A stretch of 64,000 nucleotides of DNA, taken from Lingula anatina. Lineage: Eukaryota; Animalia; Brachiopoda. Positions 50,230 to 62,910 of this stretch are shown one piece after another (the stretch's first letter is position 1; each line of letters starts with the position of its first letter). The DNA is taken from NCBI GenBank assembly GCA_051362555.1, contig CM120647.1:9858001-9922000 (forward strand). Reading direction: 5' to 3'. Below the pieces are notes generated by a model. It was not told where the DNA came from, made no database searches, and saw only the letters and a program-made list of their open reading frames with translations. Both the position numbers and the translations under genes were made by a program.

Positions 50230-50700
50230 AAGGGTTGGACAGAGGCTGTCTTCTGGGTCTTCCACAAGACGGTCAGAATTTTTCAAGTTTCACTGATGGG
50301 CATTGAATTTTTTCTGTTGGAAGATGGCCAAAAATGGAGGATGGATCAACAAAGATAATTTGGAAGACTGTCTTAAATGTCTTTTGATCCACTCCAGTGA
50401 ATTGATGACCAAATTACAGATTCACATTTTGGACTCCCTGTACCCCAAATCCTGGGGAAACCCCCCGGTTATTATGCATGTAAAGTAAAGCTTAGTCAAC
50501 TATTGAACACTATTTCTGATTTATTCAACCAGGGGCAGATCCAGAGATATTTTCTGACAGTCTTCCAAATTATCTTTGTTGATCCATTCTTCATTTTTGA
50601 CTGTCTTCCGACAGAAAACATTAGATACCCGTCAATGTAAACTTGAAAATCTGACTGTCTTCTGACTGTCAACCCAGAAGACGGCCTAAATCCACCCCTG
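50230..50700. mobile_element. Two copies of a ~170-bp CAGGGG-TIR MITE in inverted orientation (~50230-50399 minus, 50530-50700 plus)
   Basis: 50530-50700 (CAGGGGCAGATCC...ATCCACCCCTG, flanks TCAAC/TCAAG) matches 45567-45734; 50230-50399 is a diverged reverse complement. Confidence 0.75.
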
Positions 50701-51380
50701 TCAAGGTACACACAATATGATACTTACACTAGAATTGTCTGCTTGGTTGTAAAAATGTACTTTTGACATTAAGTTCTGATACCTTGTGAAAACGGAGAAC
50801 TAGTTTTTCACTCGTGCATCATGGGAACTGATACTCTGTTACTCCCGGTGACGCCTCAAATACCAAGCTGTCTGGGGCCTCCTTGGGAAACTTGGCATAT
50901 CACGGAAAAACTGTCAATTCATCAAAAGAGGTGTGGAGTCTTTTAGCCTAATGGAATTTACCAGAAAGGTGAAATCAGACCTATAACTCAAGAATGAAAG
51001 TTGGCTTTTTAATTAAAAGGATGAAGTTTTAAATCTTCCATAATTGGTGCCCTAATAAAAAAATGTACCATTCTTCTATTCTGTTGCCGAAAAATAAACT
51101 TACAATGTTCATCAGGACCATTCCCCTGTGATCTATAGTTTTGTAGACTTAGGCAGTCTTACCTTAGAAGAAAAATGTGATATGCAACGTGATATGTAAA
51201 ATATTCACAATTTTCATCAATATTATTTCTCTATGATATGCAATTCCAGGCTCCAACAAGTACTACCTTATTATATATTGATAGGTACCTTAGAAAAGGA
51301 GTATGTGATATTCCATTTGTGACGAATAAAATATTTACGATTTTCATCAATATATTTTTGTTTGCGATGTATTATTTCAG

Positions 51381-51561
51381 GATCGGGCAAGTCCTACACC
51401 ATGATGGGTACGGCTGAACAGAAAGGGATCATCCCTCGCCTCTGTGACGCCTTGTTTGAGCAGATCACTAACAACCAGGATGAGAGCCTCTCCTACAAGT
51501 GTGTCGTGTCCTACATGGAGATCTATAACGAGAAGGTCCATGACTTGTTGGATCCTAAAGG
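51381..51561 (+). CDS. KIF13: KIF13 exon 6
   Basis: GSGKSYTMMG...GIIPRLC...VSYMEIYNEKVHDLLDPK; P-loop end; GG|gtaag. Confidence 0.95.
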
Positions 51562-52014
51562 GTAAGAAGAATGCTATGAGGTCACTGGACCTTAAATTTC
51601 ACACAGTAAGCACACAGGTTACAAGAGCCAAGATTTTGAAATTATGGAGTTGGATGAGATAAATGGATCCCTACAAATACTGAATAATCTCATGAATATC
51701 CAGATAGGAAAATTGCTGATAATCTTTTATCTTAGTTGATTATAGTAGTGATGAGAAAAAAGTCTCATTGGTTCTGTAAATAGTTATACTGAAGAATATC
51801 CACGGTACAAATCTTACATAGCTTTCAGTTGTGAACAGTTCTAGATGAGATTTTAATGGAACCAATTAAAATCAATCAAGTAAATTGGCTACGTCAAGCA
51901 CGAGCAGTCTGTTTTGGTGAATCTCTTACTTTTACTTAGTAACAAGGCCATTAAGCTGTGGATCTCTAAAACTGGTGCAATACAGAAAACTGTACCTCGA
52001 GATATGAAATTTGC

Positions 52015-53811
52015 TTTTTTATGTACAGACACAGATGTGTCTGTACATATTGCCATCACCTGCGTCTGTCGTCGCCGTCGTCGCCGTCGCCGATGCCGAT
52101 GCCGGCGCCGTGCACTTTCCTTGTTAACACGATAAGTGGAGGGCAGTTTTACTTTTTGGCTTTATATTTACAGAGCTGATGAATATTCATAAAACGCAGG
52201 TCAAGTTCGAAAATCAGCATGATCGGGCCATTATTGTAGAATTTTTGCTGTTTTTTCACTTTTAAGCATATATGCAACCCTGTTAACACATTTTAAGGAA
52301 AACCGATAGGCCTGTTGTCATGAAACTCACAGGAGTAATCAATCTTACTAAAACGCAGGTCAAGTTCGAAAATCGGCATGATCGGGCCACTATTTTAGTA
52401 GTTATGCTGTTTTTTCACTTTTTAGCATATATGCAACACTGTAAACACAATATAAGAAAAACAGATAGGCCAATTGTCATTAAACTCACAGGAGTGGTCA
52501 ATCTTACTAAAATGCAGGTTGAGTTTGAAAATTAGTATAATCGCGCCATTGTTTTAGAAGTCATGCTGTTTTTTCACATTTCCTCAAATTCAATTCTTAG
52601 GCATGTTAACAGTCTTATTATTTAATTAATAAGACACATAAAAGTGTTTGTTTGACATTTCCTGCATCTTTACAACGTTGTTTGTTGATTATGTAGAAAT
52701 TATGGTAAACTTGTTATCGTGTATCGTGTAATAAAGTGTCAAAAATGGAAATAAACTCATATCAGTCAGATTCAATCATTTACTATGTTCAGAATGTCAG
52801 AATGGAGGAAATTGGACATTTGACACAGTTCTATTGATATTTGTCCCATCTCATCAATTTTCTTAGTTGATCATATAAAAATGGCAGTAAACGGTTTATT
52901 TCATCTTATATTAAAAAAGTGTTAAAAATGGAAATAAACCCATTTCAGCACAGTGCTGTCTAGTTTACATTTTGGCATATTCAAGGTGTCACTTTGAAGT
53001 TCCATGGGCATGAAGACCTTTGCTAGTCACATTTTCTGAATATACATGACATTATTAAAAATTGATGATCATTATGCTGTTAAACATTATGTAATATTGG
53101 ATCAAAATTTGAAAATAAACCTATTTTGGGCACTGTTCCCATGATGGCCATTTAAGGAAAACCATGTCATTTACTGTTCTCAAAATTACAGAAAGAAACA
53201 TGGGACTTAAATACAGCTTCAGTAGGCAATGCAATCTGTTTGGTAATTCTTTCTGCCGGTTAAACAGTTTTTTTGTGAAAGTTTAATTTCACATATTGGC
53301 ATTTTCAAGGTGTGACTTTGAAGTTCCACAGGCCTGAAGACCCATGCTAGACACATTTTCTGAAAATCCATGATACCTTTATTTTATTATTAAAAATTGA
53401 TTGTCATTATGCTGTTAACCATTATGTAATATTGCATCAGAATAGAAGAACACACAATTTTGGGTGCTGCTGCCATGAAAACCATTATGGGAAAACCATG
53501 TTACTTATGATTGCCAAACTTTCAAAAAAGAAATACAGGACTAAAATGCAGCCTGAGTTGGAAAAGCAGTCTAATTGACTTCTTTTTCTGGAAGTTATAC
53601 ATTTTCAGAGTGTGAACTTGAACTCCTATGGGGCTGAAGCCTTATGCTTGTTACACATTTTACTTACATTGGAATTACCTGTTGAGCATAATTAAAATTT
53701 GATGTTGAATTTGCAGTTTAACATAATGTACTTTTGCATCAGAATTGACTGTACCCTATTTTGTTTTTTCCTTCTTGTTGTCTGTACATTTGACAGCTTT
53801 GCTGCCTTGTT
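52015..53811 (+). mobile_element. Complete Helentron-associated element (HINE/DINE-1-like), copy 1
   Basis: T-run, subTIR ATGTACAGACA plus inverted TGTCTGTACAT, (GTC/GCC)n microsatellite, ~159-bp internal tandem repeats, 3' subTIR TGTCTGTACAT, short hairpin CAGC-ttt-GCTG, end TTGTT. Confidence 0.8.
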
Positions 53812-54786
53812 CTGTTGGTGACGTGTGTTTTGCTTCTTTGATGTGGTATCTATTTGCGAAATCAAACCAGGGCTTTCGGAGGGATTTTAGAGGACATGTT
53901 CAGGAAGTGAGATGATTGACCGTTTTCGGATAATTTGCCTATTTGTCTTCCTGAAGATTATTTTTGAAAGATTTGAATGTGGCCACCTATACCCCTAAAG
54001 GATTTTTTTTCACAAATGTCAGTCTTGCCCGTGTGTGCTTGCATTCCCATTATTTCCCAGTATGGAAACTGATAGCAGTGTGCTGAATGTGTTGTTGAAG
54101 AGATTAGGATGATATTGTTTCAAATTTCAGACATCAATTCCCAAGAGAACCTGTAATGGGTTTGGCATTTTTGGTTTTAAAACCAAGCGTTATTCCACTG
54201 AAGTTGTTCTAGCTTTTTGCCTCCAATTCCCAAAGTGCTTATGCTCACACCCTAAACACTTTGGCTTTTTATGTATGATCATGGTCCTTGTCATATTAAG
54301 AAAAGAAAAGAATAAAAATGAATGAACATGGGCCTTGTCATATTTAAGAAAAGAAAAAAATTCAGTGACATTTTGTTGAAATTGTTCTTGACTAGCTTTT
54401 TTGCCTCCATTTCTCAAGGTACCTTTGCTCACATCCAAACCAATCCTTTTCACATCCTTCCATTCACTTTCAATGTCTAAACCAATTGGTTTGGTGAGCA
54501 TCTGATAAATGGTGAAAACTTAAAAAATCATTCGCTTAAAAATAGTTTAATAATTGAAAGTACCCGAATGTGACATGGCCATATTAGGTGAAGAACTTTT
54601 CAAAATTACCCAGAGGCCCATTTTCAAGTTTAGCAGAATTTTTTAAGTGAAAAAAATATGTAAACAGAGGATTATCTTCGAAAAAAAAAAAAAAAATTCA
54701 AAACCGACTAGTTTTCATACTTTGAGTAGACCATGCACATACAGGTTGTTCATGGCTATTTCTGGTGGTGTGGAGGAATTCCTTGA

Positions 54787-57615
54787 TTTTTATGTACAGA
54801 CACAGATGTGTCTGTACATATTGCCATCACCTGCGTCTGTCGTCGCCGTCGCCGATGGCGATGCCGATGCCGATGCCGTCGCCGTGCACTTTCCTTGTAA
54901 ACACGATAAGTGGAAGGCAGTTTTACTTTTTGGCTTTATATTTACAGAGCTGATGAATATTCATAAAACGCAGGTCAAGTTCGAAAATCAGCATGATCGG
55001 GCCATTATTGTAGAAGTTATGCTGTTTTTTCACTTTTCAGCAGATATGCAACCTTGTAAACACATTTTAAGGAAAACCGTTAGGCCTGTTGTCATGAAAC
55101 TCACAGGAGTAATCAATCTTACTAAAACGCAGGTCAAGTTCGAAAATCAGCATGATCGGGCCACTATTTTAGTAGTTATGCGGTTTTTTCATTGTTCAGC
55201 ATATATGCAACACTGTAAACACAATATAAGAAAAACAGTAAGCCCAATTGTCATTAAACTCACAGGAATGGTCAGTCTTACTAAAACGCAGGTTGAGTTC
55301 GAAAATCAGCATAATCGGGGCATTATTTTAGAAGTTATGCTGTTTTTTCACATTTCCTCAGATTTCCTCAGATTTAATTCTTAGGCATGTTAATAGCCTT
55401 ATTATTTAAGTAATAAGATACGTAAAAGTGTTTGTTTCACATTTCCTGCATCTTTACAACATTGTTAGTTGATTCTGTAAAAATGATGGTAAACTTGTTA
55501 TCGTGTATTGTGTAATAAAGTGTCAAAAATGGAAATAAACTCATATCATTGCAGTTTGTCGGATTCAATCATTCACTATGTTCAGAATCTCAGAATGGAA
55601 GAAATTGGACATTTAACACTGTTCTATTGATATTTTTCACATCTCATCAATTTTCTTAGTTGATCTTATAAAAATGGCAGTAACCTATTAATTTTGTTTT
55701 ATGTTAAAAAAGTGTTAAAAATGGAAATAAACCCATTTCAGAACAGTGCAGTCTTGTTTACATTTTGGCATTTTTAAGGTGTGACTTTGAAGTTCCATCG
55801 GCCTAAAAACCTTTGTTAGTCACGTTTACTATTTGTCCATGATACTAATATTTTATTATTAAAAATTGATGATCATTATGCTGTTAAACATTATGTAATA
55901 TTGCATCAAAATTTGAAAAAAACCTATTTTGGGCACTGCTCCCATGATGACCATTTAAGAAAAACCATGTCACTTACTGTTCTCAAACAGTACAGTTAAT
56001 ATGTACAAATGTGTCTGTACATATTTCCATCACCTGCGTCTGTCGTCGCCGTCGTTGCCGTCACTGTCGCTGTTCCCGGCGCCATGCACTTTCATTGTAA
56101 ACACGATAAGTGGAAGGCAGTTTTACTTTTTGGCTGTATATTTACAGAGCTGATGAATATTCATAAAATGCAGGTCAAGTTCGAAAATCGGCATGATCGG
56201 GCCACTATTTTAGTAGTTATGCTTTTTTTTTCACTTTTCAGCATATATGCAACACTGTAAACACAATATAAGAAAAAACAGATAGGCCAATTGTCATTAA
56301 ACTCACAGGAGTGGTCATTCCTGCTAAAACGCAGGTTGAGTTCAAAAATCAGCATAATCGGGCCATTATTTTAAAGAAATGCAGTTTTCTCACATTTCCT
56401 CAGATTTAATTCTTAGGCATGTAAACAGTTTCATTATTGAACTAATAAGATACGTAAAAGTGTTTGTTTGGCATTTCCTGCAATTTTACAACATTATTAG
56501 TTGATTATGTAAAAATGATGGTAAACTTGTTATCGTGTATTGTGTAATAAAGTTTCAAAAATGGAAATAAACTCATATCATTGCAGTTTGTCAGATTCAA
56601 TCATTCACTATGTTCAGAATCTCAGAATGGAAGAGATTGGACATTTAACACTGCTCTGTTGATATTTTTCCCATCTCATCAATTTTCTTAGTTTATCATA
56701 TAAAAACGGCAGAAAACTGCTAATTTTGTTTTATGTTAAAAAAGTGTTAAAAATGGAAATAAACCCATTTCAGAACAGTGCAGTCTTGTTTACATTTTGG
56801 CATTTTTAAGGTGTGACTTTGAAGTTCCATGGGCCTGAAGACCTTTGCTAGTCACATTTTCTGAATATCCATAATATTAATATTTTATTATTAAAGTTGA
56901 TGGTCATTATGCTGTTAAACATTATGTAATATTGCATCAAAATTTGAAAAAAAAAAACTATTTTGGGCACTGCTCCCATGATGACCATTTAAGAAAAACC
57001 ATGTCATTTACTGTACTCAAACTTACAGGAAAGAAACATGGGACTAAAATACAGCTTCAGTAGGAAATACAGTCTGTTTGGTAATTCTTGCTGCCAGTTA
57101 AACAGTTATTTTGTGAAAATTTAATTTTTCACATATTGGCATTTTCAAGGTGTGACTTTGAAGTTCCACGGGCTTGAAGACCCATGCTAGTCACATTTTC
57201 TGAAAATCCATGATACGTATATTTTATTATTAAAAATTCTGTTAACCATTATGTAATATGGCATCAGAATAGAAGAAAACACAATTTTGGGTGCTGCTGC
57301 CATGATGACCATTATGGGAAAACCATGTTACTTATGATTGCCAAACTTTCAAAAAAGAAATACAGGACTAAAATGCAGTCTGAGTTGGAAAAGCAGTCTA
57401 AGGAACTTCTTTTTCTGGAAGTTATACATTTTCAAAGTGTAAACTTGTCACATATTTTAATTACATTGGTATTAATTGTTGAGGATAATTAAAATTTGAT
57501 GTTGAATTTGCAGTTTAACATAATGTATTTTTGCATCAGAATTGACAGTAGCCTATTTTGTGCATAGTTATTTCCTGTTTTTTGTCTGTACATTTGACAG
57601 CTTTGCTGCCTTGTT
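54787..57615 (+). mobile_element. Compound HINE: 3'-truncated copy (54787-~55990) fused to a further copy (~56000-57615)
   Basis: Same 5' structure as 52015; the 5' module restarts at ~56000; a single 3' end TGTCTGTACATTTGACAGCTTTGCTGCCTTGTT at 57583-57615. Confidence 0.8.
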
Positions 57616-59762
57616 AAATCAGTTCTGAAGGCATCCTTCCCGCCTCCCTAGTCCCAGCCAATAGGTGTTGGTGCCTCATTAAATGTTCATTTTTTTTTTT
57701 TTTTTTACAAAAAACCAGGCTTGGTGAATTATTACTTGTTATAGGGGATGCGAGAGTACTTGACTGTACTCTTATAGGTAAAAATGTTCAGGCTTATGCC
57801 ATGCCTTATTTCAGGATTTTAGGTATGAATTTTTTTGATTATTTTTTTATATGGTCTAAATGCAATTGGAAATTGCAAGGTACATTTTCAAGATTTTCAG
57901 TTTAACAACTATCACCCATGAAATTTTGACCCAAAGTGGACACTGATTTGGCCCAAAGGTCACCCATGCACTCCAATGATGTCAGTATGGCCACTCACGT
58001 AGTCTGTCAATGTCACACAGTGTTCAGTAATCTTGTTAAAATGATGAATAAAAAACTGAGACATCATTTTGCTTTGAACTAATTGAAGCCTTGCTGTCAT
58101 TTGTAATGACCTTAGGTGTCATTTTCTGGAACGCTAGTTTGTTTTGATTTACATATGTTATGAACATTGACGTAGGTATGGTTCATATATTGTAGACAGC
58201 CAAACAAATTGTGCATGCACTTCCAAGCCACCCATTAATCTTTAATAATTCATATTTTTTGTATTGGTTGAACAGAATAGAATAGAATTATAGGTTAGCT
58301 TGTTTTTCAGTTTTATTGCTACCATTCAATGGGAATTTTCTCATTTTAAGAATTCACAGATGTACCAATTAAAAAGATCTAGTCATTACTATACCCTTTT
58401 ATTTGGATGTATATAAAAAAAAAAACTATTTAGGTTCCCCCTATTCTAAGGTAATTAAACCAAACAATTTCATAAGTATGCCATGTATTTCTGAGTTGAA
58501 CACTTATTTTGAAAAATGGTAATAATTTATTTTTAGTATGGCACTGTTAATGATATGGAGAATGGTCAGATGATCACATTATAATTAGTTTACTATAATG
58601 ACTATGCTTGCAAGCACGTATCAGCACATTTCCCTGTAGTAAAGAGAGGAAGTATACCAGAGGATTCCACATGGCAGCAATCAAGTTGTGATATCATTTG
58701 TCTCTCTCTCTCTTTCTTTGCCACCCTTGGGCACACTGATACCTCTTGGTATATGATGTAGGGTTTTTATCGCTGGCTTATAAAGTTCAATCAGTTTGTA
58801 CCATGCATTGGCAATCATGTTCATCAGATTGGAAAATGAAATGAAATAAATAAAATCAGTTGGAAAATGTTCTCTCTTAAAGATGACCCAATACTCTGGA
58901 GGAGTATCCTGATGTGGGGTTCTCAGCAATGTCCTCGTTTTGAAATGCCTTTTTTTAAATGGGGGAAAACAGTGTAATCATGTTCATTGTTGAATAAAAT
59001 AGTGTAGAAAATCATATGAAAAACACCAAGGCGTGAAGATACGTGATGTATGTCTTTCTGGTCCAATTCCCTGTGTTTATATGACTTTATGGCCCAGTTC
59101 CCTGTGTTGTTTGACTTTCTGGCCTAGGTTTCTGTGGTCAGAAGATGTTGCCAAATCCCTGTGGTGAAATGACAGACTGCCTTAAAGACCTGGTATTGTT
59201 AGATCAACTGTAATTTACATCAGTGAATAGATGATACCCTTTGTCTCCCAGGACATACTGGATAACTTTCCCTTCCTATCACTTTGCTGCCAGTCCATTT
59301 CAGGTATCAAGAAGGGTTACTGAGATTGTGTTTTTGGTTGTTACAGCTCAACTAACATATTCTTGATCATGAGTTTAAACTCTTTACTTTCTACATAATA
59401 TTGGAGTTATATACCCTGCAAAAATATTTTTTCGTGAAAAGTTGATCATTTATTAATATACTACACAGATGAATTTTCATCATGGCATTTCATGTCTGTC
59501 ACACCCTCATTAGTCTTTTGACTTTTCCTAGAATAATGGAACATTATCATGTGAAACTTCAGTTTTAGTGGTGATTATTATAGCAAGACAAAAAATGCCA
59601 TGTCTCTTATTGGTGATATATTTATGAATTTTGGTCTTTATTATAATATTTTATAATAATGAATTAGAGAAACTGTTTGCATTAAATTTATAAACATCAG
59701 CTTCCCTTAAATTGAAGACAACTTAATACTTATCAGAAAGTGTGGAAGTTCTAGTTCTAAAC

Positions 59763-59825
<63 letters not shown>

Positions 59826-59976
59826 CGTAATTAATAATATTATGATTATTAATATAATTGTTATCGTCAATATTATAAGTTGTAGAAATTGAAGGGAAAT
59901 TCAATCCTGTTAATAGTGTGTGTATTTTGTAGCCAATGAAAGTTGTAATTTATTCTAATTATTGTTATATTTTCAG

Positions 59977-60064
59977 TGGTCGTCAGAACTTGCGCGTCAG
60001 AGAGCACAACATCTTGGGACCTTATGTGGATGGGCTCTCCTCGTTAGCTGTGTCAAACTTTCAG
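59977..60064 (+). CDS. KIF13: KIF13 exon 7
   Basis: GRQNLRVREHNILGPYVDGLSSLAVSNFQ|gtcagg; VREH-x-x-LGPYV is a kinesin-3 signature. Confidence 0.93.
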
Positions 60065-60267
60065 GTCAGGGAACTTCTCTCTTCACACTGGTGAAATAAA
60101 TAATGAGAAAAGTGTTAAGATTTTTCTTCCTTTTAGAGTTATGTTTAGAGTCAATTTGTTTTGAAATATTGCAGTTATTTTTAGGTGAATGTATTTAAGT
60201 ATTATTTTTGTTATTTATTTATTTATTTTTACTTTAAAGGTGAAAATAAGAGTTTTAACGGAGTTGA

Positions 60268-60456
60268 AGGCTGTATTCCAAAAAAGTTGCCTGCGGACTA
60301 ACAGATCTTCAGATCAAATTTGGTCGACTCACTTAAAAGCTTGCGGCATACTCCTCTAACAAAAACTCAATAGATTCCCCATGGGGATTATGCATTCCTG
60401 TTGGATGGCCATGTTTGATCTGCCAATCTGTTAGACAGCTGTTGTGAATGCTACCT
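60268..60456. mobile_element. Fold-back MITE, same family as 36814
   Basis: GACTAACAGATC..AGATCAAA / TTTGATCT..ATCTGTTAG; internal ATAGATTCCCCATGGGGATTA. Confidence 0.65.
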
Positions 60457-60584
60457 AAAACTGAAGAACAATGCCACCCCAGTTTATTTTGTTCATAAGG
60501 CCATCTTTATAAATATTCCTTAAAATCCAAAATCATGGCTGAAATGGTAAATAGATTCTGGAAAAATAATTATTTTCTTTACAG

Positions 60585-60719
60585 GACATAGACAATTTAA
60601 TGTCAGAGGGCAACAAATCGCGCACTGTCGCTGCCACAAACATGAACAGTGAAAGCAGTCGCTCTCATGCGGTTTTTAGCATCATTCTTACCACCACTAT
60701 GACAGATCTGCAGAGTGGG
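60585..60719 (+). CDS. KIF13: KIF13 exon 8 (switch I); gene continues beyond the window
   Basis: DIDNLMSEGNKSRTVAATNMNSESSRSHAVF...DLQSG|gtaagt; LMSEGNKSRTVAATNMN is characteristic of KIF13. Confidence 0.95.
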
Positions 60720-61175
60720 GTAAGTGAATGGTTTTTTATTTGTCCCTCTTGTCTCAGAAATTCCTTCAGATGAACACTCGCAGAATTGATTTTATGAAAC
60801 AAAAGAAAAATGACAACAACAGTAAATATCCCACATAGATTTTTTTTCATATTAATAAGTGTGGAAAAGGTGCATGGAGGAATGAGCTTAGATTTAAGTT
60901 ATTGTGCTTGGATGTGTGTGTTTGTGTCTGTTTGTTTATTTACAATTAAGTATTATTTCTGTGTATGACACATATATAATTTATACATAATATATACCTA
61001 TACAGTCAAATGTAAAAATTTTCCATCTTTTCTCAACTTTAGATGGTTCACAATTACCAACACTTCTTTTAAACCTCAGAACCAATTTTCAGTCTAGACT
61101 GCAGTTTTTCTGTGGTTTTGCCAAACAATGCAAATAAACACTGTTCTGTCATTACCTTGCTTGTCAGCACCGTGA

Positions 61176-61385
61176 TCATAATGGGGTAACGTGGCAGTCA
61201 TTGATCACTCGTGGTCGCACAGTTACGATATAGTGATCTCTAGCCTCCACTTGGGTCACGCAGTGCACTGAGCGTGAATGCCAGCGACAACACTGACAGC
61301 CAATGAAAACACAGAGATGGAGACATATTATGCTTGCCAACAGAGCTCCTGCTGCAATCGATGCTATTTCCAACGTGGAAAACAT
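61176..61385 (-). CDS. Candidate nested antisense single-pass membrane microprotein (or TM exon of a nested gene)
   Basis: aaaATG context; hydrophobic stretch, CQCC, C-terminal TPL; GC/CpG-richer than the flanking intron; cag 5 nt before the ATG and AG|gtaat shortly after the stop. Confidence 0.4.
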   Translation of the reverse strand: MFSTLEIASIAAGALLASIICLHLCVFIGCQCCRWHSRSVHCVTQVEARDHYIVTVRPRVINDCHVTPL

Positions 61386-61779
61386 TTTATCTGTGATTAT
61401 CAGTTGATGACCTTGAAGTGACCTTGAGTTGACCTTTCACTGACCCTGAAGTTACCTTGTTGTGACCTTGAGATAGATTTAAACTGCTCAGAAGGCAGAC
61501 TAGATCTAATCCCTTTTAATACTACAATTTAGTAACATTTGTCTTGAGTACATTGTTATTTCCAAGGTGTGAGGTCCTTACTTATTTTGTTTTAATCATT
61601 TCTCATTCTCAGTTGGAGTAAAAAACCTTATTTGACATGTGTAGTTAGATGAAAATTGTTTTCTATCTATCAGTCTGTGCTGCTGTTGATCATATATAAC
61701 TGATGTCTGGTAGGCAACAAATCCTTGGCATTGTTCTAGTAATATCCAAGTGCTTGGTCTGCGCCACTGTCAAATGCCA

Positions 61780-61905
61780 GCTGACAAGTGTTACTATTGA
61801 AGCTGACCAGTGTGACTGTGGAAGCTGACCTATATGACTTCTGAAGACCAAAGTGACGTTTGAATCTGGCCAGTGTTACTGTTACGCCTGACCAGTGTTA
61901 CTGTT
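61780..61905. repeat. Degenerate ~20-bp tandem repeat
   Basis: (G)CTGACCAGTGTTACTGTTGAA-like units. Confidence 0.6.
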
Positions 61906-62635
61906 TGAGATTACTTGCCCGGTATTCAAGTACTTGTGTTCAGTATTAGAAGTCCTCTTTTTGAATAACTGGAATAAGCAGAAAAATTCATCTCCAGCTG
62001 GTTCGAGCTCTTGGTCACCTGTAGTTTTAATGCATATTTTTAAGTGTTTTTCACTCCTTCTAAAACGATGGTGATGACAATTTGCTGTTACATAATTTTA
62101 TATAGATTCCACTGCTTTTTATCCCACAGTCATACCACACTGTATTTTTCGTGACACCAGTAGCAATTATGTCATCCTTCTGAAATTTCTCCTGCAAAAC
62201 ATTTGGTTTTGGAATGACATTTGTTAGGTATCCCTGATGAACAAATAATGCAGATTTCAATGGAAAGGTGAAAAAATATTCATGTACGGTATGGCATAAT
62301 TATCACTTGAATGTTTTCTTTACACTTCCCCGAACTGTTGACCAGAATTTATCTTCAAAACAGGAAGTGATGTCACAAGCTAGATGATGTTATGGATTAT
62401 AGAAAACCTTGTTTAAACTTAAACGCCTTGTTTTCTCGTTTTCAACTTTTGAAATGATTTTTTTCAAGAAAAAAGCTCCCTCTCATGATCTGTGTTCTTA
62501 TCCAATAGTTGTTGATATTGGAAAAAGAAATTTCTAAAAAAAATATATATATATATTTTGCAGATATTTTCCACATTAAAAGGATACAGTGGCAATTACC
62601 TTAGTTTCTGATTTGATCATCTCAAAAATTAAAAA

Positions 62636-62910
62636 TTTGATTTCTATTCGGGTACACTTGTTCCAACTTACATCATCTCCTTCATCTCATATATGAAAAT
62701 CCGATTTCCTGTCAGGCACTTATCCTTGCTTGCAGTGTCTTCTTGTTTGTCTCAAACACGAAAATCTGATTTCTCTACAGGTGCATGTGTACTTGTTCCA
62801 ACTTGCACCATCTCATTTGTTGCATACATGAAAATCCGATTTCCCTACAGGTACTTGGACTTAATTGCACTCTGTCCAAGTTAGTCTCATGAAGGAAAAT
62901 CTGATCTCTA
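62636..62910. repeat. Degenerate tandem repeat, ~65/135-bp periodicity
   Basis: Recurring ACTTGTTCCAACTT and ATGAAAATCCGATTTCC..CAGG.ACTT. Confidence 0.55.

Noticed and set aside
52170-52215. CTGATGA as a hammerhead ribozyme core in the HINE
   Set aside because: No correctly placed GAAA with supporting stems seen.
54647-55384. 245-aa ORF, the longest in the window
   Set aside because: Non-ATG start, lies within HINE tandem repeats, frame not preserved in sister copies, no Rep/helicase motifs.
61990-62020. GGTTCGAG as a tRNA T-loop or Pol III B-box
   Set aside because: No A-box or cloverleaf around it.
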